In this document: in pieces, positions 19,458-29,488 of the stretch | Layout of the letters: every line of letters begins with the position of its first letter | Position numbering within the stretch: the first letter of the stretch is position 1 | DNA from: Cyanobacteria bacterium J06626_4 | GTDB taxonomy: Bacteria > Cyanobacteriota > Cyanobacteriia > Phormidesmidales > Phormidesmidaceae | Direction of reading: 5' to 3' | Length of the DNA stretch: 64,000 nucleotides | Assembly: GCA_038523235.1 (NCBI GenBank) | Contig: JBCBJQ010000020.1 | Span: forward strand, 1 to 64,000 | The notes under the pieces: model-generated | Told to the model about the DNA's origin: nothing | Databases searched by the model: none | What the model saw: only the letters and a program-made list of their open reading frames with translations | Made by a program: the position numbers and the translations under genes

Positions 19458-21239
19458 GTGTCATCGACAACACTCCCACGAAAGTTTCGCAGCTCCAAAT
19501 ATCGGTCACTAGGGTTAGTAGGGCAAGGACAATTTGGGCAGGTTTACTGCGCCATCCATCGCAAAACAGGCCGATTGGTGGCGCTTAAGCATTTAAACCG
19601 CAAGCGCTTTGCTACGCACCAGTTTTTGCGTGAGCTGCGGTTTTTGTTGAGTTTAGATCACCCCCACATTGCCAACTGTTTATCGCTTAATCAAGCGAGT
19701 AACGGCCGCCAACTCGTATTGGAATATTGTGAAGGGGGCACCCTCCGCGACCTCTTAGAACAAGACACCCAGTTGACCTTGGCGGAGATTCTGACCCTCA
19801 TCATCGCCGTGCTGGAGGCACTGGAACATGCCCATCGCAAGAATATTGTTCACTGCGACATTAAGCCTGAGAACATTTTATTGACCTTAGAACCCGATGG
19901 CTGGCGGCCCAAAGTTTCTGATTTTGGCATCGCTCGCTTGAGTGAAGAACTACGATCTGGCCATACGGGTGCTACTGGCTCGCCTGCCTATATGGCACCA
20001 GAGCGATTTTACTATCAAGTTTCGGCGGCCTCTGATCTCTACGCGATTGGCGTGGTTCTATACGAGCTTTTGGTGGGGGCGCGGCCTTTTGCCGGTAGCT
20101 ACAACCAGCTCATGGTGTCTCATCTCAACCATGAAGTGAAGCTGCCGGCGGCTGTCCCCTTGGCGATTCAAGAGATTCTCAAGAAAGCTACCGAAAAACT
20201 GATTCCTCGGCGCTTTCAGAATGCCACAGAGATGAAAGCGAGTCTCCTCGCGGCACGCCAATCATTTACGGCGGCTGAGTTGCGCGATCGCTTTCCTAAA
20301 TCATCGCTACCAACCTCCAGCAGTGAGTATGTCCCACGGCGGCCCATCTCTTTGTCGAGAGCTTGTACGGCCTTAAGCCTGTCGCCCAAGGATGCACCCA
20401 CGGCACATCTGACTGGAGCTTTTCACCAAGACGTCTATCGCTGGCCGTTGTCGCCCACCGCCGAGCTTGAGCGACTCACCCCCCAGCAACACTGGCATTT
20501 AGAGCACAATGTAGCTCAGATTCTGCAAACTGTAGCCGGGGCGGTGGCCGTCACAGCTCACGCCGTTTACCAGCTGCAAGAGACCGAGTCAGTTCAGTTG
20601 CTGATGGCGTTTGACGAGCCCATTGCGGTTTTGCCCGGTAGCGATCGCTGGCTCATTGTCCGGAGTGCCGTCTCAGGGGCAGATTATTGGCTGGTTGATG
20701 TGTTGTCTAAAGTCCCCGTTGAGCCTTACTGGTTTACGCTACTGGCCCCCAGTGAGCCCACCTACGCCTTAGCTTTGAACGAGCGTTACTTTCTCATCGC
20801 AGCCGTCAATGGCCACCAAACTGATCTGCAGTTTGTTACCCGTTGGGGCCAATCTCTTGGTCAACTCCATCTGCAATCGCCGATTCATCAGCTCGCGACT
20901 AGCCAAATCCCCAATTGCTTCCTCGCGCAAGCGGGTACGGAAAAAACTGATTTGCTGATCGTTCACCTGCGACCCTATCGCGTGATTCGCTGTCGTCTCG
21001 ACATTATGTTCGAGTGGCTGGGTGAATTAGTGACGGGCTTTGTCGCGATTAGCACGATGGGGCAAATGCGGCTCGTGAACTTGCAAGGCCAGGTGATTGG
21101 GCAAGTCACGAATTTGCCAATTCCTCGAGCGATCGCCTTTCAGGCCCCCTATCACATCTGGCTAACGAGCGAACAGTCTGGCAAGCCGCAACTGCATCGC
21201 TTGGATATTCGTGAGCTCAATTTGGACATTGTCTTTTAA
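19458..21239 (+). CDS. Ser/Thr protein kinase (SpkG/Slr0152-like)
   Basis: GQGQFGQV, VALK, HCDIKPEN, DFG and GSPAYMAPE; beta-rich C-terminal domain. Confidence 0.92.
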   Translation: MSSTTLPRKFRSSKYRSLGLVGQGQFGQVYCAIHRKTGRLVALKHLNRKRFATHQFLRELRFLLSLDHPHIANCLSLNQASNGRQLVLEYCEGGTLRDLLEQDTQLTLAEILTLIIAVLEALEHAHRKNIVHCDIKPENILLTLEPDGWRPKVSDFGIARLSEELRSGHTGATGSPAYMAPERFYYQVSAASDLYAIGVVLYELLVGARPFAGSYNQLMVSHLNHEVKLPAAVPLAIQEILKKATEKLIPRRFQNATEMKASLLAARQSFTAAELRDRFPKSSLPTSSSEYVPRRPISLSRACTALSLSPKDAPTAHLTGAFHQDVYRWPLSPTAELERLTPQQHWHLEHNVAQILQTVAGAVAVTAHAVYQLQETESVQLLMAFDEPIAVLPGSDRWLIVRSAVSGADYWLVDVLSKVPVEPYWFTLLAPSEPTYALALNERYFLIAAVNGHQTDLQFVTRWGQSLGQLHLQSPIHQLATSQIPNCFLAQAGTEKTDLLIVHLRPYRVIRCRLDIMFEWLGELVTGFVAISTMGQMRLVNLQGQVIGQVTNLPIPRAIAFQAPYHIWLTSEQSGKPQLHRLDIRELNLDIVF

Positions 21240-21335
21240 GGGAACGAATCGAGATTTGTCGCCCAAACGGTTGTTTGTGTCCTGCTCCAACCGATATGTT
21301 CCTAAAGCATAGAAATTGCTTGGAAGGACACGATC

Positions 21336-21728
21336 TTGCTGGAATACATCACCCTCCCCGATAATATTTTGCCGCCAGTGGCGCCCTACTCCCATGCGGT
21401 GCGCGCCGGAGATTTCTTATTCGTCACGGGGCAACTTGCCGAAGATCCGCTCTCGGGAGACGTCAAAAAAGATGCGATTGAGGCCCAAACCACCCAGGTC
21501 ATGGAAAACCTACAGCGGGTTCTAACCCATGCGGGTAGTGGGTTTGATCGGGTTGTCATGGCTCGCATCTTCGTCACTGACTTTCGCTATTACGAAGCCG
21601 TCAACCAGGTGTATGCCAGCTACTGTACAGCAGGCAAACTGCCGAGCCGAACGACAGTAGGGGTAACGGCATTAGCCGGATTCGGCGATGTTGAGATCGA
21701 CCTCATCGTGTACTGCGGTCAATCATAA
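21336..21728 (+). CDS. RidA/YjgF family protein
   Basis: APYSHAV, VTGQ, VNQVYASY, PSRTTV and VEID. Confidence 0.9.
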   Translation: MLEYITLPDNILPPVAPYSHAVRAGDFLFVTGQLAEDPLSGDVKKDAIEAQTTQVMENLQRVLTHAGSGFDRVVMARIFVTDFRYYEAVNQVYASYCTAGKLPSRTTVGVTALAGFGDVEIDLIVYCGQS

Positions 21729-21864
21729 AACGCCCGCCAAGTAGAGAACTGCCCTATCGGATGTGAAGCCAATGCAGGGACAGGCCCCGTAGCCAGGGAT
21801 AACCCCAATTCTCTGAAACTGGACTACAGATCTTCCTTATTCCCTACGGGAAGGCTATGCCAAC

Positions 21865-21898
21865 GACTCCGCTCAAGGAACTTAGGCTGAGCGGAGTC
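21865..21898. terminator. Stem-loop between convergent RidA-family gene and secG
   Basis: Perfect 11-bp stem GACTCCGCTCA/TGAGCGGAGTC; no clear U-tract. Confidence 0.45.
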
Positions 21899-22082
21899 AA
21901 AGCCGACTTGTCTATGCAGCTGTAATTTGTAGAACTGGTAAATTGCTGGCAATCAGCTAAGGCCTTTACACAGGGGATTTTCTCACTGTATTGACAGGGA
22001 ATTTGGCAGCTCTAGAGTTAACCCAATTGAGCCGATACCTTTGTAGGAGCAGCAGCTCTGGCGAGTGCTTGCTCAACTCTCC

Positions 22083-22122
22083 AAAAATCAAACTCAGACA
22101 TCACTGGATGCCTGAGTTTGAT
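22083..22122 (-). terminator. Probable intrinsic terminator of secG
   Basis: ATCAAACTCAG...CTGAGTTTGAT stem followed by a T-run on the minus strand. Confidence 0.6.
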
Positions 22123-22193
22123 ACAAAACTGATGAAGGGAGTCGCCGTTGTCAAGTTGATGATATCTCCTTGCAGCGCCAATGTCGGCGTCTT

Positions 22194-22442
22194 TTACAGG
22201 GCTGGTGTCGGTGTCGTCAACCAGCCAGCACTGAGCACCACCGTCAACCCCATAAACAGCGCTGTCAACGTCCAAGTAACGCGATTGAGGGTGATTTCAG
22301 CGCTTTTGGTGCTGGTAAATAGTTGGGCTTGGCCGCCCAAAGCGCCGAGACCGTCACCCTTCGGACTGTGAAGCAGCACCAGAACGGTCAGGCCAATAGC
22401 GGCAACTGACCAGACAATTTTTACAATCGAAACGACAGTCAT
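22194..22442 (-). CDS. secG: Preprotein translocase subunit SecG
   Basis: LVLLHSPKGDGLGALGG, FTSTKSAE.TLNRVTW. Confidence 0.93.
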   Translation of the reverse strand: MTVVSIVKIVWSVAAIGLTVLVLLHSPKGDGLGALGGQAQLFTSTKSAEITLNRVTWTLTALFMGLTVVLSAGWLTTPTPAL

Positions 22443-22621
22443 AGGTTCTAACATCTAGCCAATAAAAGTCAGATTGAGTGTCTGAGCCAAGCAATCTGTG
22501 TCGTCTTATCCTAACCTGAAATTTGTGTCATAAGGCCCCCAACCCTGTGCTGTGGACAGGGCAATGGTGTGACAAGTTACCTGATTGACCTGAAGCTTTG
22601 GTCAAATCAGGTGTTTATCAG

Positions 22622-24220
22622 CTAGAGGCTGACTCTTACCGGAGTGCGATTGGGTCGCACATCAATGGATGCAGTGATCATCATGGAGCGTCCGGTCATT
22701 TCCTCCGGTTTAGGGAGGTTCAAAATATCAAGAATGGTCGGCGCAATGTCTGACAGTCGCCCATCTTCGCGTAGCAACACTTCGGCCCCATGTCCGGGCA
22801 CTGTAAGCTTTTCGCCCTCGACCAAAATAAAGGGTACTGGGTTGGTGGTGTGGGCCGTCCAGGGTTTATGGTTTTCGTCCCACATGTATTCAGCGTTACC
22901 GTGGTCGGCAGTAATAATCGCCGTGCCACCAGCTCTGCCAATGCCATCCACGAGCCGCCCGACTTCGGCATCTACAGACTGAATCGCCTGCACCGTCGCG
23001 TCTAGGTTGCCGGTGTGGCCGACCATGTCGGGGTTCGCATAGTTAATCACAATCAACGAATACGTGCCTTTTTGAATCGCCGCGATCGCCGCATCAGTGA
23101 CCCGGTTTGCCGACATGGGGGGAGCTTTGTCATAGGTCGTCACCTGAGGGCTAGGGATCAGCTCTCGATCCTCTCCTTCAAACGGGTCTTCTAAACCACC
23201 GTTAAAGAAATACGTCACATGAGCGTACTTTTCCGTCTCAGCGGTGCGAAACTGCTTCAACCCTTGTGCAGCGATGACTTCGCCTAAAATTTTGCTCAGG
23301 TTTTGTGGCAGAAACGCCACCTGTACAGGCAAGTGCGAATCGTATTGAGTCATGGTGACGAAGTTGAGGGGCTCAACGAGCGATCGCTCAAACCCAGTAA
23401 ATTCAGCATCCACAAACGCTTGGGTCAACTGTCGCGCTCGATCGGGGCGAAAGTTGAAGAAAATCACGCCATCGCCCGGTTCAACTGCACCGGGAGCAAT
23501 GCGGATCGGTTCGATAAACTCGTCAGTGATGCCGTTGGTGTAAGCCGCCTGCATAATTTCTACCGCAGAGCGCCCATCTCCCGACCCATCATTGACCATG
23601 ACGCCATAGGCTTTTTCGACTCGATCCCAGCGGTGATCGCGATCCATGGCATAGTATCGACCACTGAGCGTGGCAATCCGGCCAACGCCTTGCGCTTCGG
23701 TAAAGTCTTGCAGCGCCTGCACCGAGCGGTAGCCGTCAGTCGGCTTTGTATCGCGTCCATCCGTAATGACATGAATGCAGACCTCAGACACATCCTGAGC
23801 TTTGGCCATTTCTAACAGGCCCAACAAATGCTTAATGTGAGAATGCACACCGCCGTCTGAACACAACCCCACAAAGTGCAGCTTGCTGTTGCGATAGCGC
23901 ACCTTTTGACAGACCTCCAACAGGGCGGCATTTTTTTGAATGCTGCCATCCTCGATCGCATCAGACACGCGAACTAGCTCTTGAGGCACAACGCGACCTG
24001 CCCCAATGTTGAGATGCCCCACCTCGGAGTTGCCCATTTGCCCCTCAGGCAAACCGACATCTTTGCCTGAGGTGTGCATCAGCGTGTGTGGATAGGCATG
24101 CCAGAGACTATCCATCACAGGCGTATCTGCAACGGTTACGGCATTACCATCAGTCTCGGCTCGATACCCCCAACCATCTAAGATGATGAGCACCATAGGT
24201 GGGATAGGCGCTTGAGTCAT
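22622..24220 (-). CDS. gpmI: 2,3-BPG-independent phosphoglycerate mutase
   Basis: LIILDGWG, GQMGNSEVGH, AETEKYAHVT, NPDMVGHTG and ADHGNAE. Confidence 0.97.
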   Translation of the reverse strand: MTQAPIPPMVLIILDGWGYRAETDGNAVTVADTPVMDSLWHAYPHTLMHTSGKDVGLPEGQMGNSEVGHLNIGAGRVVPQELVRVSDAIEDGSIQKNAALLEVCQKVRYRNSKLHFVGLCSDGGVHSHIKHLLGLLEMAKAQDVSEVCIHVITDGRDTKPTDGYRSVQALQDFTEAQGVGRIATLSGRYYAMDRDHRWDRVEKAYGVMVNDGSGDGRSAVEIMQAAYTNGITDEFIEPIRIAPGAVEPGDGVIFFNFRPDRARQLTQAFVDAEFTGFERSLVEPLNFVTMTQYDSHLPVQVAFLPQNLSKILGEVIAAQGLKQFRTAETEKYAHVTYFFNGGLEDPFEGEDRELIPSPQVTTYDKAPPMSANRVTDAAIAAIQKGTYSLIVINYANPDMVGHTGNLDATVQAIQSVDAEVGRLVDGIGRAGGTAIITADHGNAEYMWDENHKPWTAHTTNPVPFILVEGEKLTVPGHGAEVLLREDGRLSDIAPTILDILNLPKPEEMTGRSMMITASIDVRPNRTPVRVSL

Positions 24221-24694
24221 TGGCTTTTAGGATTCCTGCAAACTAGGAGACAATTATTGGGGCGATCATATCATCAGTTTTTCCTGAGATATAATCTCTT
24301 AAGATAAGATTCTTTTATTGAGTGCGGCTGCTAAAGCTCAGTGTTTGAATTGCCACGCTTTTTTCAAGAGCTTATCAGCAATTACCTCTTTTGCAAGGGT
24401 GGTCACACTTTGAGCGATCGCTGAGAAGCGGCTGGCCGAGGAATAGCATGAATTTTAGTAACGCATTTCTCAGAATACTGCGACTTTTAGCGGGAAATCT
24501 GATTCTGGGAGCGGGAAAATTCTCAGTTTTCTTGACTATTTTTGGAGAAAATCAATCGCTAGTTTTGCGGGCAGTGAAAAGCCCAATCCTATGAAAGATC
24601 ATAATTAGGGAGAAGACCATGTGGCGCTGATGCGGCTGAACTGCTCCATCGCGATCCATTCAAGCCGAGATGATGCAGCTTGGTGACCACGCCG

Positions 24695-25519
24695 TTACGA
24701 CAGCTCGGCTTGGGCCTGCTGGGTCAACTCATAAACTTGTTCTAAGGTTAGGGGAGTGTGGGTGGCGGCTATCGTCGCCATCATTTGCAGCCACAGCAAA
24801 TACTCTAGATTGCCTGCCGGCCCCACGATGGGGGAATAGGTTAGGCCGCGATCGTCCCAGCCCAGCTGACGGGCTGCCATGAGCACCTGCCAAATGGCCT
24901 CAGCCTGATCCTTAGCCGAACGCACGACTCCATTTTTGCCCACCTTGGCTCGACCCACTTCAAACTGGGGTTTGATCAACAGCACTGCCTCTCGCGCTGG
25001 TGCAAGCAGCTGCCAAAAGGCGGGCAAGACCTTGCTGAGGGCAATAAAAGAAACGTCCATCACGCCCAAATCAGGGCGCAATGCCGTCTCGTTATACAGG
25101 TCAACCGGCGTCAGATGCCGGAGGTTCGTGCGCTCTCGCAAAATCACGCGGGGATCTTGACGCAGCTTCCAGGCAACTTGGCCGTAGCCCACATCAATGC
25201 CATACACCTGACGAGCCCCGGCCTGCAGCAAACAGTCGGTAAACCCACCGGTCGAAATCCCCCCGTCTAAACACACTCGCCCCGGAATCGAAATGTCAAA
25301 CACCTGCAATGCCTTGGCCAGCTTTTCGCCCCCGCGCGAGACAAATGGGGCTTTTTGTTTGACCTTGAGTTCAGCATCTAGCGCGATCGCGGTGCCGGGC
25401 TTGTCCACCACTTGATGATCGACCTGTACCTCACCAGCCCGAATCACCCGCTGAGCTAACTGACGGGTTGCACACAGGCCGCGCTCAACCAACAAGACAT
25501 CTAGGCGTTGTTTAGCCAC
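24695..25519 (-). CDS. tlyA: TlyA family RNA methyltransferase
   Basis: S4 domain KQRLD, FVSRGGEKL, STGGFTD and LIKPQFE; likely GTG start at 25519. Confidence 0.92.
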   Translation of the reverse strand: MAKQRLDVLLVERGLCATRQLAQRVIRAGEVQVDHQVVDKPGTAIALDAELKVKQKAPFVSRGGEKLAKALQVFDISIPGRVCLDGGISTGGFTDCLLQAGARQVYGIDVGYGQVAWKLRQDPRVILRERTNLRHLTPVDLYNETALRPDLGVMDVSFIALSKVLPAFWQLLAPAREAVLLIKPQFEVGRAKVGKNGVVRSAKDQAEAIWQVLMAARQLGWDDRGLTYSPIVGPAGNLEYLLWLQMMATIAATHTPLTLEQVYELTQQAQAELS

Positions 25520-25940
25520 AGGCAGCTCCAACTGGGAAACGTGAATCGACCAGGAATCTCTCACCTCTATGCTCCTAACCTCCTGATACCCACTTCTTCA
25601 TGCTCTAACTCCCCATGCAATCTTGGCAACGCAGGGGAGCCCAGGGGCAGGGGGGCAAGATTGGTCGGCTGGTTGCAGAAAATCGGTATTTAAGCAGAAG
25701 TCACGAGAGAATCCCAAGTTTGAAGCCTCGCGGCCCTCAGGAGCAAAGGCCGTCAGCTTATTGAACTGACGGTGAAGAACCTGACGTTGGGGAATTTAGA
25801 CGAAGATATCTCAGATGAAGATGTCTCATGAAAAGGAAGTTGGTGAAAGCAATCGCATTAGTGCTTGAAGTTTACTACTGAGCAATACCAACATCTCTCA
25901 TAGAGACCGGCTCCAGCATCTGTTGGCCAGTGCGATGGCC

Positions 25941-26534
25941 CTACCCCAGCACTACCTCGTCAGCAAAACTGACCCGCCGCATGAAGTCGAATGGCCCGGC
26001 TAATGAGCCCCACACATGTTCGTGAGTGTCGGGGTCACGGCCACGGTCCCAGCTGAGAAATTTCTCGTCGCTAATCTCAAATTTGTTGTCAAGGTAGGTC
26101 ATTTTGCCCCGACGCTCGACCATGCAGGCGTTGCCTGGTTCAACCTGGCCCACAAAGCTATGGCCCGTCCACTCAATGTGCATATTGCAATGGGGCATCA
26201 GCGTCAGGCGATCGCGGGTCAATTGACTCAGCTGGTCGAGATTACGGGCGGCCCCATAAAAGCTCTCGACATCTTGAATGGTGTAGTTTTCTAGCTCAAT
26301 GCGATCGCCGATAGGAAACAAGCGCAACACCCGGGCCCGGTAAGGCTCCTGCAGCATAAAGTCATAGGCCTGTTCAAGATACAGGCTAGCCCCATCGAGC
26401 AGGCTGTAGGGCAAAGGCCGCATGCAAACCCGGATGTGGGCATAGAGGGGGGGATTTTCGATCGCCTGCGGCTGGTTGCTAAAGTCCGCGGCCATCCAGC
26501 GAGTCAGGGTGGCGATATCAGTCGAGTGCGTCAT
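25941..26534 (-). CDS. cpcT: CpcT/CpeT family phycobilin lyase
   Basis: MTHSTDIATLTRWMAADFSNQPQA, PYRARV, DRGRDP and VWGS. Confidence 0.9.
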   Translation of the reverse strand: MTHSTDIATLTRWMAADFSNQPQAIENPPLYAHIRVCMRPLPYSLLDGASLYLEQAYDFMLQEPYRARVLRLFPIGDRIELENYTIQDVESFYGAARNLDQLSQLTRDRLTLMPHCNMHIEWTGHSFVGQVEPGNACMVERRGKMTYLDNKFEISDEKFLSWDRGRDPDTHEHVWGSLAGPFDFMRRVSFADEVVLG

Positions 26535-26574
26535 CGGTGGTTGAGACTTAATGGCCCTCAGTATTGTACGACTC

Positions 26575-26668
26575 TGGGAGAGGGAGGGGAATGCGGAATG
26601 CGGAGTGGTGGGTTGGGGAGCCGGTGCGACAGGGGAGCGGGGGAGCAAGAGGAGCAGGGGGGAGGATA
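26575..26668. repeat. Purine-rich STRR-like short tandem repeats
   Basis: GAATGCG x2 and degenerate GGGAGC/GGAGCA units in the intergenic spacer. Confidence 0.5.
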
Positions 26669-26703
26669 ACCGGTTTACAGGGACATGACTCCACTCATTC
26701 TGA

Positions 26704-27486
26704 TCAGCTGGAGGCACTGGTATAGAACCGCAGGGCAAATTGCCAAAACCAGCGCGAAAACTGCAGCAGGGCGATCGCGAGTCCGATTGATCCCAGAATC
26801 CAGGTCCACTCGACTTGGCCGAGGAGTGATTGAGCCGGTACAGTCGTGAGAAACGCGACGGGGATCACAAAGGTAAAAAAGACTCGATAAATTGTCGGGT
26901 AAGCCACAACGGGAAAGCGACCCGCTTCGAGCAGACCTCGTAGCACCTCAGTCACGTTATAGATTTTGACAAACCAAATGCTAGTCGCACCCAACACAAA
27001 CCACAGACTGTACAAGCTGAGGAAGCCAAACATGAGTGGCGGCAGGGCAATGAAATAAGCGAGGGGATCAATTCCCAATCGCGACCCGGCATAACCAATC
27101 ATCACGAGGCCGAAGAACAGATCGGGAATGCCCCAAGGCGATAGAGTGCGCGTCGAGAGCCAAAACTGCGAGCTGATTGGCTTTAGTAAGACAAAATCGA
27201 GGGTGCCTTCTTGCACCTGACTCACAATTTTGTTGAGGTTAGGAGCCAAAAAGGTCGCCGCAAACCCTTGCAGCAGCGTGAATACCCCTAGCACGATCAG
27301 CGCTTCTTCCCAACTCCAACCAGGGAATTCGTAACCGGTGCGATAGAACAAAAAGAGGCCAAACAGACTGCCGATCAAACCGCCAACGCTGCTCAGCGCC
27401 GCGACTGAAAAATTGAGGCGATACTCCAACTCGGCAGCGATCGCGGTGCTCCAAAACAGCTGCAGCACTTGCCAATATTTCTGCAT
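26704..27486 (-). CDS. ABC-2 family (DUF990-type) permease
   Basis: LEYRLNF, GTLDFVLLKP and FLTTVPA; ATG at 27486. Confidence 0.85.
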   Translation of the reverse strand: MQKYWQVLQLFWSTAIAAELEYRLNFSVAALSSVGGLIGSLFGLFLFYRTGYEFPGWSWEEALIVLGVFTLLQGFAATFLAPNLNKIVSQVQEGTLDFVLLKPISSQFWLSTRTLSPWGIPDLFFGLVMIGYAGSRLGIDPLAYFIALPPLMFGFLSLYSLWFVLGATSIWFVKIYNVTEVLRGLLEAGRFPVVAYPTIYRVFFTFVIPVAFLTTVPAQSLLGQVEWTWILGSIGLAIALLQFSRWFWQFALRFYTSASS

Positions 27487-28295
27487 TACGCCCCCATGCC
27501 GGAATATTGTCGCAACCCACGTCGCCAGAGCCAGCGATTCAACGCCAAAAAGATCAGCCCCCAAGCCAGCATTGTGGCAAAGCCCTGCACTAGAGCCGTG
27601 GGGCGGCCAATGATGATATTGGCCGGAAAGTAAATGAGGTAGGGAAAGGGCGTCCACAAGATGACCGCTCTAACCGTTTCAGGAAACACGTCCAGCGGCG
27701 CAATCATGCCGGAGGTAAAGATATACAGCAGATACCAAAACTGCTCGATCGCGTGGGCCCGCTCGGTCCAAAAGGCGAACATCGCCACCGTGTATTGAAT
27801 GATGAATCGGAGACAAAAGGCACCGGCGATCGCGATCAGACCCAACAGTAAAGCGCGATGAGAAGGCAACCAGACGGCTTCGGGATAGAGCAGTAAGAAG
27901 GCAACCAGTAAAACCAGAATGAAGGGCAACCGAGCAAAGCGTTCCGACACGTGACTAAAAAAATGCCGCCACACCGGATCAATCGGCTGCAGCAAAAAGG
28001 CCGACAGCTTACCTTCAACCACTTCGCGCTCAAATTCCCAAATCACCCACACCACCGTCAGCTGGCGAACTAAAAAGACGACGAGAAAATAACGGATAAA
28101 GGCGATCGGCTCAAGCGCAAACTGACCGCCTTGAGATGCTTGCGCCCAAATCCCCATAAAAATCAGCGGAAACGTGCCAGAGAGCACCCAAAACATCAGC
28201 TCAGCCCGATATTCCACCATGTAGGCGTAATACACCGATAGCAAAATTCGCGAGACAGACAAAATTTTGCGGAGGGAACGAGCAGCAGTTGCCAC
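27486..28295 (-). CDS. ABC-2 family (DUF990-type) permease
   Basis: EYRAE, GKLSAFLLQP, PFPYLIYFP and YSGMGA. Confidence 0.85.
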   Translation of the reverse strand: MATAARSLRKILSVSRILLSVYYAYMVEYRAELMFWVLSGTFPLIFMGIWAQASQGGQFALEPIAFIRYFLVVFLVRQLTVVWVIWEFEREVVEGKLSAFLLQPIDPVWRHFFSHVSERFARLPFILVLLVAFLLLYPEAVWLPSHRALLLGLIAIAGAFCLRFIIQYTVAMFAFWTERAHAIEQFWYLLYIFTSGMIAPLDVFPETVRAVILWTPFPYLIYFPANIIIGRPTALVQGFATMLAWGLIFLALNRWLWRRGLRQYSGMGA

Positions 28296-28580
28296 AGATC
28301 AGTGCCAGTCACGTCATAGGCAACTCTAGCGTTTTTTACCAAGACGCTACGCCTCCTCGTCCTCTGCTGATGAGCCGCAGCAAGGGTGTTCATGTTGAGC
28401 CTGTTGTTGTGTTGGGATCGCCGCTGTGCCCCCAACACAATCATTGCCACTGCCAGTCACCCATCTTCAAAGTAAGGGCGTTGAAAAATGCCTCAGGAGA
28501 TTTTTAGCAAAGATCACACCGGCAAGATGGCTGGCTAATCCTGCCCTGACAGTACCCATCTGTGCTTAATCAGCAGTTAC

Positions 28581-29102
28581 CTAAGGTGCAGTGAAACCTT
28601 CGGGGAGCATGGCGTCAGTCAAGGTCGCGCCATCTAAAATCGCGTCGGCCAAATTGGTGTTGGTCAGGTTCGTCCCGGTCAAGTTGGCATCGGTGAAATC
28701 GGTGTCAGCCAGATTGGCATCTCGTAAGTAGGCACCACTAAGGTCAGCCCCCTTAAAGTTGGCTCCCCCCAAATTGGCCGAGGTCAACGCGGCGTTGGAG
28801 AGGTTGGCATTAGCCAAATCGGCATTTTGCAGATCCACACTATCCATCAATGCCCCGCTGAGATCACCCCCAGCGAGTTTGGCATTGCTGAGGTTAGAGC
28901 GATTGAGCTTAGCTTCTTGCAGATTTTTACCCGCTAGGTCAACACCGGGTAAATCACAGTCCAGGCATTCACCGGCAGTGGCTTTGGCGATCGCATCGGC
29001 CGAGAGGTCACTGGCCGGGGGCGACGAACAGCTAGCGATCCCAACACTTGCGAACACCAGCACTAAACCGAAAAACTGAGCAGGGAGGGGAGTGGCTCTC
29101 AT
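28581..29102 (-). CDS. Pentapeptide repeat lipoprotein
   Basis: IASC lipobox; C..CDL; A(N/D)L pentapeptide repeats; start uncertain. Confidence 0.85.
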   Translation of the reverse strand: MRATPLPAQFFGLVLVFASVGIASCSSPPASDLSADAIAKATAGECLDCDLPGVDLAGKNLQEAKLNRSNLSNAKLAGGDLSGALMDSVDLQNADLANANLSNAALTSANLGGANFKGADLSGAYLRDANLADTDFTDANLTGTNLTNTNLADAILDGATLTDAMLPEGFTAP

Positions 29103-29488
29103 AGTCATACATCGAAGCGAAAGTCCTACCAGTCTAGCGGGACTTGCAGGTCTTGTCGGGTGGTTATTCATGACTGCTAAAAGAGCCGATGTCATCCCGC
29201 ATTCAGCCACTCGCTGAGTCTATAAGGCGATTGCGGCCAAGCCTTTGATCAGGCTTTGTCGGCCTAGTTGATGACGCTTGCTAGAGCGGCTCATGCGCTC
29301 AACTTGCCCAAAATACATGGCAGCGGCGGACGCCAAAGACTGGCAATTGAGCTGCTATCGGGCCAGGGTATTATTGCAAGCCACTGCCATCAAGGCTATT
29401 ATCTGGTGAATAAATCTATTGCGCCCAGCCTTTGCAAGCACCGGACCATTGACCTGGTGGCTGCAGCCATGGCACCAGGTCAGAGCCG

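Noticed and set aside
25941..26738. Long N-terminal extension of CpcT in the ORF track
   Set aside because: The extension is translated STRR-like repeat; the conserved start MTHSTD is at 26534. Track extensions of rimI, the META gene and sbtA were trimmed to more plausible starts
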